A program made the translations under genes and the position numbers. The notes beneath the pieces were generated by a model. It saw only the letters and a program-made list of their open reading frames with translations. It was not told the DNA's origin and did not search any database. This document shows positions 37,911 through 46,774 of a stretch of 64,000 nucleotides of DNA, piece by piece. Source of the stretch: Alphaproteobacteria bacterium (GTDB taxonomy: Bacteria > Pseudomonadota > Alphaproteobacteria > Rs-D84); the NCBI GenBank assembly GCA_017466525.1, contig JAFTTY010000035.1, forward strand, positions 13,039 through 77,038, read 5' to 3'. The stretch's first letter is position 1, and every line of letters begins with the position of its first letter.

Positions 37911-38459
37911 ATTAAACCTGCATTTAATCGTGATAATCGTCGCGACACTGGTCCGCGTATGAACAATAAAATATTTGCCAAGTCAGTTCAGGTAATCAGT
38001 TCTGATGGCCAGAATTTGGGCGTTATGCCGACGTCCCAGGCATTGCAGATGGCAATGGACATGGATATGGATTTGGTTGAAATCAACGCCAATGGCGCAA
38101 CACCAATCGCCAAGATAATGGATTATGGAAAATTCAAGTATGAACAGAAAAAACGCGCATCAGAGGCACGCAAAAAACAAAAATCCATCGAAATGAAAGA
38201 AGTTTGGGTCAAGCCTTTTATCGAAGAAAACGACCTGAATATCAAAATGAAAAAGGCTTTGGAATTTTTGGCCGAAGGTAACAAGGTAAAAATTTCTGTC
38301 ATGACCAAGGGCAATAAAAAGGTTTTGGCACGTGGTAAAGACGCTGTTCCAGAATTGTTCGCCCGTATCTTAGAAATTATTGGCGATAATGGTAATCTGG
38401 AATCTAAATCTAAACCAGATGAACGAACAAAATCTATTATCGTTGCGCCTGTAAAATAA
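37911..38459 (+). CDS. infC: Translation initiation factor IF-3, ATT start codon
   Basis: AAGGAG lies 6 nt upstream of the in-frame ATT at 37911. IF3 N- and C-domain motifs are present (VQVISSDGQNLGV, MDYGKFKYEQKK). The first ATG, at 37959, would truncate the N-terminus. Confidence 0.85.
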   Translation: MKPAFNRDNRRDTGPRMNNKIFAKSVQVISSDGQNLGVMPTSQALQMAMDMDMDLVEINANGATPIAKIMDYGKFKYEQKKRASEARKKQKSIEMKEVWVKPFIEENDLNIKMKKALEFLAEGNKVKISVMTKGNKKVLARGKDAVPELFARILEIIGDNGNLESKSKPDERTKSIIVAPVK

Positions 38460-38472
38460 ATAAAAACACAAT

Positions 38473-38500
38473 AAAAAAAACGCCCGTTCGGGCGTTCTTT
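38473..38500. terminator. Bidirectional terminator between convergent infC and typA
   Basis: A8, hairpin CGCCCGTTCGGGCG, then a T-rich run. Confidence 0.8.
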
Positions 38501-40332
38501 TATTGTTCTGCATTCTTGCGTGTCTTTTTGCGGACATTGCTGTCTAATTCTTTTTTACGCAGACGAATTGTATTTGGTGTAACCTCTACCAATTCGTCGT
38601 CCAAGATATAAGACAATGCTTCTTCCAACGATATGCGACGTGGTGGCGCCAAGAACAGTTTTTCATCAGCCGTCACTGAACGCATATTTGTTAATTCTTT
38701 ACCTTTTACTGGGTTGACTTCCAAATCATTTTCTTTGCTGTGTTCACCGATAATCATACCAGAATAAACCTCGGTCTGGGGGTCAACAAACAGTGTTCCG
38801 CGTGGTTGCAGGTTAAACAATGCGTATGTCGCAGTATTTCCTTTTTCCATCGATACCAGCACGCCTGGTCGATATTGCTGAATTGGACCGCGATATGTGT
38901 CGTATTTATCAAAGACACGGTTCATAATACCTGTGCCACGTGTATCTGTGCGGAATTCGGACAGATAACCAATTAATCCGCGTGATGGCGCAGAAAATAC
39001 GATACGTGTTTTGCCAGCACCAGATGCCTTCATTTCTGTGATTGTTGCCTTGCGCTTGGTCATTTTTTCGATAACAACGCCACTGAATTCGTCGTCAACG
39101 TCAATAACGACATCTTCGATTGGTTCTAATTTGTTGCCGTTTTCGTCTTCGTGCATAACAACACGTGGACGGGATACAGATAGTTCAAAGCCTTCACGAC
39201 GCATTGTTTCGATTAAAATACCCAGTTGTAATTCCCCACGACCAGAAACCTCAAACGCTTCGTTGTTTTCGCTTTGTTCAACGCGCAGCGCGATATTTGT
39301 TTCTGCTTCTTTGAACAGACGTTCGCCAATCATGCGCGATGTTAATTTTTTACCTGATTTACCTGCCAATGGCGATGTGTTAACAAAGAATGTCATCGTC
39401 AGGGTTGGTGGGTCAATTGGCATTGCAGGGATTGGTTCTGTGACCTCTGGCGCACACAGGGTGTCTGCCACGGTCGCCTTGGAAAATCCAGCAACGACCA
39501 CAATATCGCCCGCAGACGCGCTATCACGCGAAACCTTTTCGACGCCACGGTGTTCAATAATCTTGGTGATTTTTGCATTTTCGATAAATTCGCCGTTGCG
39601 ATTGATTGCCTTAACAGATTGCCCAACCTTTACAGTCCCAGATTCGATTTTTCCGGTCAGGATTCGACCAACATATGGGTCTGCTTCCAGTGTAGTTACC
39701 AACATTGTAAATGGTGCGTCTAATTGACAGCGGCTGCCATTACAATCAGGTGCCGGTACATGATCGACAATTAATTGAAATAATGGTGTTAAATCTTTGT
39801 GTTCATCATTCAAATCGCGTACCGCCCAACCATCGCGTCCGACGGAATACAGATATGGGAAATCCAGTTGTGAATCAGTCGCACCCAGTTTATCAAACAA
39901 ATCAAATGTTTCGGATAAAACCTCATCAGGGCGCGCGTCTGCGCGGTCAACCTTGTTAATGCAAACAATTGGACGCAGCCCCAGTTTTAATGCCTTGGAC
40001 AACACGAATTTTGTCTGGGGCAGGGGGCCTTCGGCACTGTCGACCAGCAACACAACCCCGTCAACCATGGACAAAATACGTTCTACTTCGCCACCAAAGT
40101 CCGCGTGGCCCGGCGTGTCAACGATATTGATTTTATAATCGCCCCATTGAATTGATGTTGGTTTTGCAGAAATTGTAATTCCGCGTTCGCGTTCGATATC
40201 ACCACTGTCCATAACACGTTCGTCAACGCGTTCATTTTCGCGGAATGTTCCTGCCTGTTTCAGCATATTGTCAACCAGTGTCGTCTTTCCATGGTCAACG
40301 TGTGCAATAATTGCAATGTTGCGAATTTTCAT
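38500..40332 (-). CDS. typA: Translational GTPase TypA/BipA
   Basis: IRNIAIIAHVDHGKTTLVD, DTPGHADFGGEVER and NKVDR; 610 aa. Confidence 0.97.
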   Translation of the reverse strand: MKIRNIAIIAHVDHGKTTLVDNMLKQAGTFRENERVDERVMDSGDIERERGITISAKPTSIQWGDYKINIVDTPGHADFGGEVERILSMVDGVVLLVDSAEGPLPQTKFVLSKALKLGLRPIVCINKVDRADARPDEVLSETFDLFDKLGATDSQLDFPYLYSVGRDGWAVRDLNDEHKDLTPLFQLIVDHVPAPDCNGSRCQLDAPFTMLVTTLEADPYVGRILTGKIESGTVKVGQSVKAINRNGEFIENAKITKIIEHRGVEKVSRDSASAGDIVVVAGFSKATVADTLCAPEVTEPIPAMPIDPPTLTMTFFVNTSPLAGKSGKKLTSRMIGERLFKEAETNIALRVEQSENNEAFEVSGRGELQLGILIETMRREGFELSVSRPRVVMHEDENGNKLEPIEDVVIDVDDEFSGVVIEKMTKRKATITEMKASGAGKTRIVFSAPSRGLIGYLSEFRTDTRGTGIMNRVFDKYDTYRGPIQQYRPGVLVSMEKGNTATYALFNLQPRGTLFVDPQTEVYSGMIIGEHSKENDLEVNPVKGKELTNMRSVTADEKLFLAPPRRISLEEALSYILDDELVEVTPNTIRLRKKELDSNVRKKTRKNAEQ

Positions 40333-40478
40333 GATTTTTGCCTTAATTTTTCGTTAAATCAGGCACAGGGTATACCCAAAAATATGAATTATCAAGATTT
40401 TTTATACAAAAATATTGACATTTACGCAGTTTTGTCTATATTGTAAGATGTGATGAATAAAGATAAAAGGAATTAGAT

Positions 40479-41030
40479 ATGCCAACAGAATATACACAAC
40501 AAGAAGTTTTAAATGCGATGGTCGTTGGATTGTCGGACTATTTAGATTTGGCACGTATTGGTTTGCGTGGGCGCTGGAACAGTTTGTCTCAGTCTGAAAA
40601 GTGGGCGGCGGGTCGCGCATTGGTTGCGTTGTCCGATGTTAAAAAGGCGCCACAAACATATTTTTCACGTGCCACGACATGGAATGATTGGCAAAGCCGT
40701 GCAGAAAAATACAAGGCAGAAAAAGATTTGCCTTCAATTGGGCATGCGTATTATATGGTCCAGGATCCAACCGGAATTGTTTGGAATCAGGTTGCATCTG
40801 CATTTGCATATAACGCAGAAATGGGAAAAAAGTTTTATCATTTTTGTCGTTTAATTCAAAAGTGGGAATATGCCCGAACATCACGTTCGCATGCAGAAAG
40901 CGGTGTTGCTGTTTTATATGGTCATGACATTGTATCTGCTGCAAATCATGTTCATCAGGTCGCGAATATCAAGAAATCAAATCCGATAATTCGTCCAATC
41001 AAAGAGATGTTACATTCATTACAAAAATAA
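40479..41030 (+). CDS. Hypothetical protein, 183 aa
   Basis: Clean ORF with a start near an SD-like AAAGGA. No signal peptide, TM segment or motif that I recognise. Confidence 0.6.
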   Translation: MPTEYTQQEVLNAMVVGLSDYLDLARIGLRGRWNSLSQSEKWAAGRALVALSDVKKAPQTYFSRATTWNDWQSRAEKYKAEKDLPSIGHAYYMVQDPTGIVWNQVASAFAYNAEMGKKFYHFCRLIQKWEYARTSRSHAESGVAVLYGHDIVSAANHVHQVANIKKSNPIIRPIKEMLHSLQK

Positions 41031-41046
41031 AAAAAGGGATATAAAA

Positions 41047-41490
41047 ATGATTGATTATGATGCAACTTTAAAAGTGTTTTTTGCAGAAATTATAAAATAT
41101 TTGGATGATCGTGCATCACATGCCGAAGATGGTATTTCTTATGCCAGAATCGAACATGCGCGTGATGTTGTTAAAAAGATTGCAGAAAATCCATTGCAGT
41201 ACGCGGATTATGATGTTCGTGTAAAAAATAATATGGTTGCTGATGCGCGCGCGTTTATGCCGAACAATACAGACAACAAAGTATTTCGCATGTATCGTCG
41301 TGTGTTGGATATTACGCCTGATTTGTACGATGATTCTGATCCTGTACGTCACAAGGCGCAAGATGCTTTATTGACAATCTTGCACGAAATCAAATACAGA
41401 AATTCAAAGAATCTTTTAAAGAGTTTGTATTTCTCGTTTATTCCTGTAAAGAAATACGCTGTCAAAGCAAATATGCAAAAAACAAAATAA
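41047..41490 (+). CDS. Hypothetical protein, 147 aa
   Basis: Clean ORF 16 nt downstream of the previous gene (SD-like AGGGA). Lys-rich C-terminal tail and no recognised motif. Confidence 0.6.
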   Translation: MIDYDATLKVFFAEIIKYLDDRASHAEDGISYARIEHARDVVKKIAENPLQYADYDVRVKNNMVADARAFMPNNTDNKVFRMYRRVLDITPDLYDDSDPVRHKAQDALLTILHEIKYRNSKNLLKSLYFSFIPVKKYAVKANMQKTK

Positions 41491-41519
41491 AAAAAATCCC
41501 CAGTTTTGGGGATTTTTTT
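41491..41519 (+). terminator. Intrinsic terminator
   Basis: A-run, hairpin TCCCCAGTTTTGGGGA, then T7. Confidence 0.85.
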
Positions 41520-41569
41520 ACCACTACCCCGTCGCATTCGCGCCACCCCTTCGCTTAGCGAAGGGGATT
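41518..41569 (-). repeat. GC-rich palindromic (REP-like) element, family 1, copy B; overlaps the serS 3' end
   Basis: Reverse complement: AATCCCCTTCGCTAAGCGAAGGGGTGGCGCGAATGCGACGGGGTAGTGGTAA, with a perfect 9-bp hairpin CCCCTTCGC/GCGAAGGGG. Confidence 0.85.
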
Positions 41570-42844
41570 ATGCTTTCCGCCGATTTTTGTACGTCCCCCC
41601 ATCAGTGGTTGTAATTTTTTTGGAATGTTAACCGAACCATCTGGGTTTTGGTGGTTTTCAATCACTGGTACAATTGCGCGGGGCAGGGCGATGCCCGTAT
41701 TATTCAGGGTCGCACAGAATTGCATATTGCCCTCTTTATCGCGATAGCGTGTGTTTGTACGACGTGCCTGGAATTGACCAATGGATGAACAAGACCCTAA
41801 TTCGCGATATTTGCCTTCGCTTGGGAACCATGCCTCTACGTCGTGCATTTTTACTTTGTTGAATCCCATGTCACCTGTGCAAGCCTGGATAACGCGATAT
41901 GGTAATTCCAAGTCTTCCATAACTTCGCACAAATTGTTTAACAGATGTTCGTGCATTTCATCAGATTGTTCTGGTGTACAGTATATATATTGTTCAACCT
42001 TGTTAAACTGATGTATGCGAACGATTCCGCGCGTGTCGCGACCGGCGGCACCGGCTTCTTTGCGAAAGCATGGTGAATACCCTGCATATTTGATTGGCAA
42101 ATCTTTTTCGTTTAATACTTCATCGCTGTGCAGTGAATTTAAAATGATTTCTGCGGTTCCGGCCAAACATCTGTCCGTATCGGTCAGCATAAACACATCG
42201 TTATTCATAACGGCTGGGTCAGAACCCATAAAATGCCCCGCGTTAAAGATTGTTTGTGGTTTTGTGATAGACGGACAGTTTACAAACGTAAATCCCTTGG
42301 ACATCAGTTTTTGCAGAACATATGTCTGGATTGCGAGTTCCAGTTCTGCCGCTTCGCCAAACAGCGCATATGTGCGTGTGCCACAAATCGATGCGATTTT
42401 TTCTGGTCTGTACCAATTGTTCATTTCCAGCAAATCCCACTGCGCACGTGGTGTAAAGTCAAATTCGCGCGGTGTGCCGACGCGACGAACCTCTACATTT
42501 TCTGTGTCGTCACGTCCAATTGGTGAATCTGCGCTGGGGATTTGTGGTACGCGATGCAGCAAATCCAACAGTTGTTCTTCTTTTTCTGCCAATTCTGCCA
42601 TGTCTGCGGCGATTTCATTTGCAATTTCTTTGGATTTTGCAATCAGTGGTGCCTTGTCCGTGGCAGTTGGGATTTCGCGTGTGATTTTATTTTTTTCTGC
42701 AGTTTTGCTTTGTGTGATTGTTTTCAGTTCACGTACACGTTTATCCAGATTTAATATTTCGTCTGTATTGTCTGCGATTCCTTTCAGTTCGCATGCACGT
42801 TTTACTGCGTCTGGGTTTTCACGAATAAATTTTATATCCAGCAT
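41555..42844 (-). CDS. serS: Seryl-tRNA synthetase
   Basis: N-terminal coiled-coil arm (MLDIKFIRENP) and class II motifs (FRKEAGAAGRDTRGI, GSCSS...ARR); 429 aa. Confidence 0.96.
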   Translation of the reverse strand: MLDIKFIRENPDAVKRACELKGIADNTDEILNLDKRVRELKTITQSKTAEKNKITREIPTATDKAPLIAKSKEIANEIAADMAELAEKEEQLLDLLHRVPQIPSADSPIGRDDTENVEVRRVGTPREFDFTPRAQWDLLEMNNWYRPEKIASICGTRTYALFGEAAELELAIQTYVLQKLMSKGFTFVNCPSITKPQTIFNAGHFMGSDPAVMNNDVFMLTDTDRCLAGTAEIILNSLHSDEVLNEKDLPIKYAGYSPCFRKEAGAAGRDTRGIVRIHQFNKVEQYIYCTPEQSDEMHEHLLNNLCEVMEDLELPYRVIQACTGDMGFNKVKMHDVEAWFPSEGKYRELGSCSSIGQFQARRTNTRYRDKEGNMQFCATLNNTGIALPRAIVPVIENHQNPDGSVNIPKKLQPLMGGRTKIGGKHNPLR

Positions 42845-43118
42845 TTTATATTCCCCTGTATTTATATGATTATGCTTTATATTATAACTGTGCGATTAAA
42901 TTCGCAATTAATAAAATTGAAAAAGTACACGATAAATTATTCCCCCAACGGGGATGAAGAACGACTAAAAAATGTAAAATTTATTTTCATTTCCCATGAA
43001 TTATAAGCCAATCCAAACAAAAATTCAATAAAATTAACGTATGTCGATTTTGTTTGCGCTATTTTTTGCTTTGTGTTATGTTGGGCGCGAAATATAAATA
43101 CAAAAGGAAGGTATTGCT

Positions 43119-44021
43119 ATGTATGATATTATCATTTTGGGATCTGGACCGGCGGGCCTGACGGCGGCATTGTATACGGCGCGCGCGAACAAAAAGACGC
43201 TTGTCTTGGGTGGCGACAGATTGGGCGGCCAAACAGCAGGTATCGCAACGCTGGAAAATTATCCCGGCTGGGCGGGCAGTGGTCTGGAACTGGCGCAATT
43301 TATGCAAAAGCAATGCGAAACATTCGGCGCAACGGTTAAATTTGTTTCGGCCAAGAATATTTCTGGTGATGCAGAAAATGGCTTTGTTGTATCGTGTGAC
43401 GATGGCGCAGAATATTCGGCGCGTGCGGTTATTGTTGCAACGGGTGCGTCCCCACGTAAACTGGAAATTGATGGTGCACGTGAATTTATGGGCCGTGGCG
43501 TATCATATTGCGCGACATGCGATGGGTTCTTTTACAGTGGCAAGACCGTAATTGTTCTGGGTGGTGGAAATTCTGCATTAAATGATGCGTTGTATTTGGC
43601 AGACCTGGCCAAGACGGTAAAGATTGTGTATCGCAAATCAGAATTTTCCCGTGCCGAAGCGGTATTGCGCGAACGTGTCGCGGCGCGCGAAAACATCGAA
43701 TGCCTGTTTAATACAGATTTGGTCAAAATCGCCGCAAAGCCTGATTCCACAGATGGCGAATTAATCGTCACAACCACAGACGGCACAGATATGGTTGTTG
43801 ATGGCGTATTTGTCGCCATCGGACACGAGGCAAATACAGACTTCCTGTCCGAAGATATAAAGCGTGATGCGCTGGGGCGTCTGGCACCGTCTGCAATGCC
43901 GGCGGGTATGTTTGTCGCAGGTGACGTTCATTCTGATATCAAGATGCAAATTGCAACCGCGGTTGGTACGGGATGTACGGCCGGCATGGACGCAATTGCG
44001 TATATAAATAAATTGCAGTAA
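43119..44021 (+). CDS. trxB: Thioredoxin-disulfide reductase
   Basis: ILGSGPAG FAD motif, CATCDG redox centre and GGGNSA NADPH motif. Confidence 0.95.
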   Translation: MYDIIILGSGPAGLTAALYTARANKKTLVLGGDRLGGQTAGIATLENYPGWAGSGLELAQFMQKQCETFGATVKFVSAKNISGDAENGFVVSCDDGAEYSARAVIVATGASPRKLEIDGAREFMGRGVSYCATCDGFFYSGKTVIVLGGGNSALNDALYLADLAKTVKIVYRKSEFSRAEAVLRERVAARENIECLFNTDLVKIAAKPDSTDGELIVTTTDGTDMVVDGVFVAIGHEANTDFLSEDIKRDALGRLAPSAMPAGMFVAGDVHSDIKMQIATAVGTGCTAGMDAIAYINKLQ

Positions 44022-44048
44022 AAAATGCCCCAATTTGGGGCGTTTTTT
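44021..44048. terminator. Bidirectional terminator between convergent trxB and xth
   Basis: A-run, hairpin GCCCCAATTTGGGGC, then T6. Confidence 0.85.
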
Positions 44049-44817
44049 ATTTTATTTCTAACATTAATCCGCAATGGTCTGTGGGTTTTTCTGCCAATCG
44101 TGGTTCCATGTCAATTTCGCAATTTTTTATCATTGTCGCAGCGGTTTTGTTGCACAGGAAATAATCCAACCGCAACCCTTGTTTATTGCCAACCGTGTCG
44201 CGCCCACGATATCCGTACCATGTATAGTCGATTTCGTCTGGGTGCAGTGTGCGCCATGCATCAACCCATCCAGCATTCAGCCATTGGTTCATAATTTCGC
44301 GTGCCGCCGGTGCAGAAATCGCAATGCCTTCATAATTTTTTGGTTTCCAGATATCGCGATCTTCGATTGCGACATTGTAATCGCCGCCGATAATTACCGG
44401 TTCTGGTGAATCAATGTATTGCGCAATATAATCTGTAAATGCGCGCATCCATTCCAATTTGTATGGAAACTTTGGCGAATCAACGGTGTCACCATTTGGC
44501 ATATACACGTTAATCAGGCGTATCCGCCCATCGACCACGCATTCCAAGAAGCGCGCATTTGGATCTGCATAATTTGGCATTCCGATAATGGTATCTTCAA
44601 TAGAATATTTTGAAAATACTGCAACGCCGTTCCAGCTTTTTTGTCCGTATACCTTTATATTATATCCAAATTCATCAAACAGCATATGTGGAAAGTTTGC
44701 CGTCTCTACCTTTAATTCTTGAACCATAATTACGTCATATTCGCCAGACCGCAATATGTCCATAAAGCTTTCGGCATGTGCGCGTATAGAGTTGATATTT
44801 AATGTCAGAATTTTCAT
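44047..44817 (-). CDS. xth: Exodeoxyribonuclease III
   Basis: MKILTLNINSIRAH, QELK, GDYN and a C-terminal SDHCGL-like TDHCGL (EEP family). Confidence 0.92.
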   Translation of the reverse strand: MKILTLNINSIRAHAESFMDILRSGEYDVIMVQELKVETANFPHMLFDEFGYNIKVYGQKSWNGVAVFSKYSIEDTIIGMPNYADPNARFLECVVDGRIRLINVYMPNGDTVDSPKFPYKLEWMRAFTDYIAQYIDSPEPVIIGGDYNVAIEDRDIWKPKNYEGIAISAPAAREIMNQWLNAGWVDAWRTLHPDEIDYTWYGYRGRDTVGNKQGLRLDYFLCNKTAATMIKNCEIDMEPRLAEKPTDHCGLMLEIK

Positions 44818-44887
44818 AATTGCTTTCCTTTTTTTCATGAGTATAATAGTCACTGTCCAATATAAAAACAACAAGGAATTTTATAAC

Positions 44888-46468
44888 ATGAATATGTATC
44901 AGTTGCTGGAACGTGCCGCACAAACATGGCCGGATAATTTATATCTGGTTCGCGAAAACGTTTCATACAAAGATTTTATCGGTTTGGTCAAGGCGCGTGC
45001 CACATCGCTGAATGCGGCCGGTGTTAAAAAGGGTGATGTTGTTGGTGTTTTATCGCACAATATTCCGGAATTTCCAATTACCATGTTTGCAGTATGGTAT
45101 TTGGGCGGAACTGTATTGTTGTTGGATACAAATCTGACGCCGTTTGAATACGATAACATGACATCGACCACAGATTGTCACATCGTATGTGCAGAAAAAT
45201 CATTCTTTTATAAGACCAGCAAATTTAAGTTCTATGACATTACCAAGAAAGATGGCAAGGCTGACCCAGAATTATTGCCTGCACCAACAGAATCATTGGA
45301 TGTTGCAACAATGTCGTTTACATCCGGTTCGACCGGTACGCCAAAGGTTGTGCCATTAACACACTTTAATCTGGTTGAATGTGCAAATTCGCTGGAAGAT
45401 ATGGCCGAATGGATTCGCCCCGGCGATTTCTTGTACGGTTTCTTGCCGATGTATCACGTATTTGGTTTTGCTGTCGAAATTTTGGCGACCTTGCATTACG
45501 GTGCCGGTGTTCTGTTGCAGCCGACAGTTAATCCAAAAGAAATCATGGCAGACTTCAAGAAATATCGTCCGCAAATTATTCCTGCGGTTCCACGCCTGTG
45601 GGAAGTGTGCCGTAACAAAATCATTGATAATGTAAAGTCGCAAAAGAAATGGTGGCTGGTATCGTTTGTTTTAAAATACGGCAAGACGCTGGAAAAAATC
45701 GGTCTGGGCGCCCTGGTACGCAAGGTACAAAAACCAATCTTGGATGTATTTGGTGGACGTGCGCGTCTGTTGATTGCAGGTGGTGCCGCCACTAAGCCAG
45801 AGGTGGAAACATTTTACGAACGTTTGGGGCTGACATTTATTCAGGGTTATGGTTTGACAGAAACTGTTGGACCAATCTGTATTTCAAAGCCAACAAAAAA
45901 ACGTTTCCCGTTTGCATTTGGTGGTCCAACATCAAACAACGAATGTGAAATCCGCGATAAAAACGAAGATGGTGTCGGCGTATTATGGTTGCGTGGTCAC
46001 CAGGTGTTCGGTGGCTATCTGAATAACGATGCGGCCAACAGTGAAATCTTTGACGAACGTGGTTTCTTTAATACGGGCGACATGGTTTCGATGGATAAAA
46101 ACGGCGAATTGCATTTCGCAGGTCGCAAAAAACAAGTCATCGTTTTGGATAGTGGTAAAAACGTTTACCCAGATGAACTAGAAGGCTTGTTTATCGCAAT
46201 CCCTGGTGTCAAAAACGTTGCTGTGTTTGAACATCGGGTCAAAGGCAAAACTGTTACATATGGTGTGTTCAGCGTTGAACCAACAATGACAATGGAAAAA
46301 TTATCTGCGGAAATTGCCGCGGCAAATAAAAAGGTTGCCAGTTATAAATGGGTGACACACTTTGCCATGACAACCGAAGATTTGCCATCAACCAGCACGC
46401 AAAAGGTTAAACACCACATCGTGCGTCAGAATCTGATTGATGGTAAATATCCAGACAGACACGAATAA
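44888..46468 (+). CDS. AMP-dependent synthetase/ligase (long-chain acyl-CoA ligase-like)
   Basis: AMP-binding motif SFTSGSTGTPK, GYGLTET, TGD and a C-terminal K. The ORF is open from 44756, but that part overlaps xth. Confidence 0.85.
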   Translation: MNMYQLLERAAQTWPDNLYLVRENVSYKDFIGLVKARATSLNAAGVKKGDVVGVLSHNIPEFPITMFAVWYLGGTVLLLDTNLTPFEYDNMTSTTDCHIVCAEKSFFYKTSKFKFYDITKKDGKADPELLPAPTESLDVATMSFTSGSTGTPKVVPLTHFNLVECANSLEDMAEWIRPGDFLYGFLPMYHVFGFAVEILATLHYGAGVLLQPTVNPKEIMADFKKYRPQIIPAVPRLWEVCRNKIIDNVKSQKKWWLVSFVLKYGKTLEKIGLGALVRKVQKPILDVFGGRARLLIAGGAATKPEVETFYERLGLTFIQGYGLTETVGPICISKPTKKRFPFAFGGPTSNNECEIRDKNEDGVGVLWLRGHQVFGGYLNNDAANSEIFDERGFFNTGDMVSMDKNGELHFAGRKKQVIVLDSGKNVYPDELEGLFIAIPGVKNVAVFEHRVKGKTVTYGVFSVEPTMTMEKLSAEIAAANKKVASYKWVTHFAMTTEDLPSTSTQKVKHHIVRQNLIDGKYPDRHE

Positions 46469-46469
46469 A

Positions 46470-46496
46470 AAACACCGCCCATTTGGGCGGTTTTTT
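46470..46496 (+). terminator. Intrinsic terminator
   Basis: Hairpin CCGCCCATTTGGGCGG followed by T6. Confidence 0.85.
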
Positions 46497-46552
46497 ATTG
46501 CAATTTTTCGTTCCGTCTTGTACCGTAGGTTTACAATTACAAGGGGAATATA

Positions 46553-46747
46553 ATGGACGAAAAAAAGTTATCTTTCGAAGACGCGTACAAGCAATTAATG
46601 GAACTGGTAAAAAAAATGGAATCTGGCGAATTACCATTGGCTGATTCTGTTGCGGCATATGAACAGGGGATTAAATTAAAGGCGTACTGTGAACAATTGT
46701 TAAAAGAAGCCGAATTAAAAATCGAAACGTTAAAAGTTAGTGCATAA
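46553..46747 (+). CDS. xseB: Exodeoxyribonuclease VII small subunit
   Basis: 64 aa with LSFEDAYKQLMELVKKMESGELPLADSV..YE.G..L..C, the family pattern. Confidence 0.85.
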   Translation: MDEKKLSFEDAYKQLMELVKKMESGELPLADSVAAYEQGIKLKAYCEQLLKEAELKIETLKVSA

Positions 46748-46774
46748 TTTTATCGTATAAAAAATGGATTTATC

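Noticed and set aside
42845-43118. A 274-bp AT-rich spacer between divergent serS and trxB, considered as a possible replication origin, small gene or ncRNA.
   Set aside because: There are no DnaA-box (TTATCCACA-like) clusters, no dnaA or dnaN nearby, no ORF with an SD, and no convincing promoter-plus-terminator pair. Only a weak CCCC-AAC-GGGG hairpin is present. It is most simply two divergent promoter regions.
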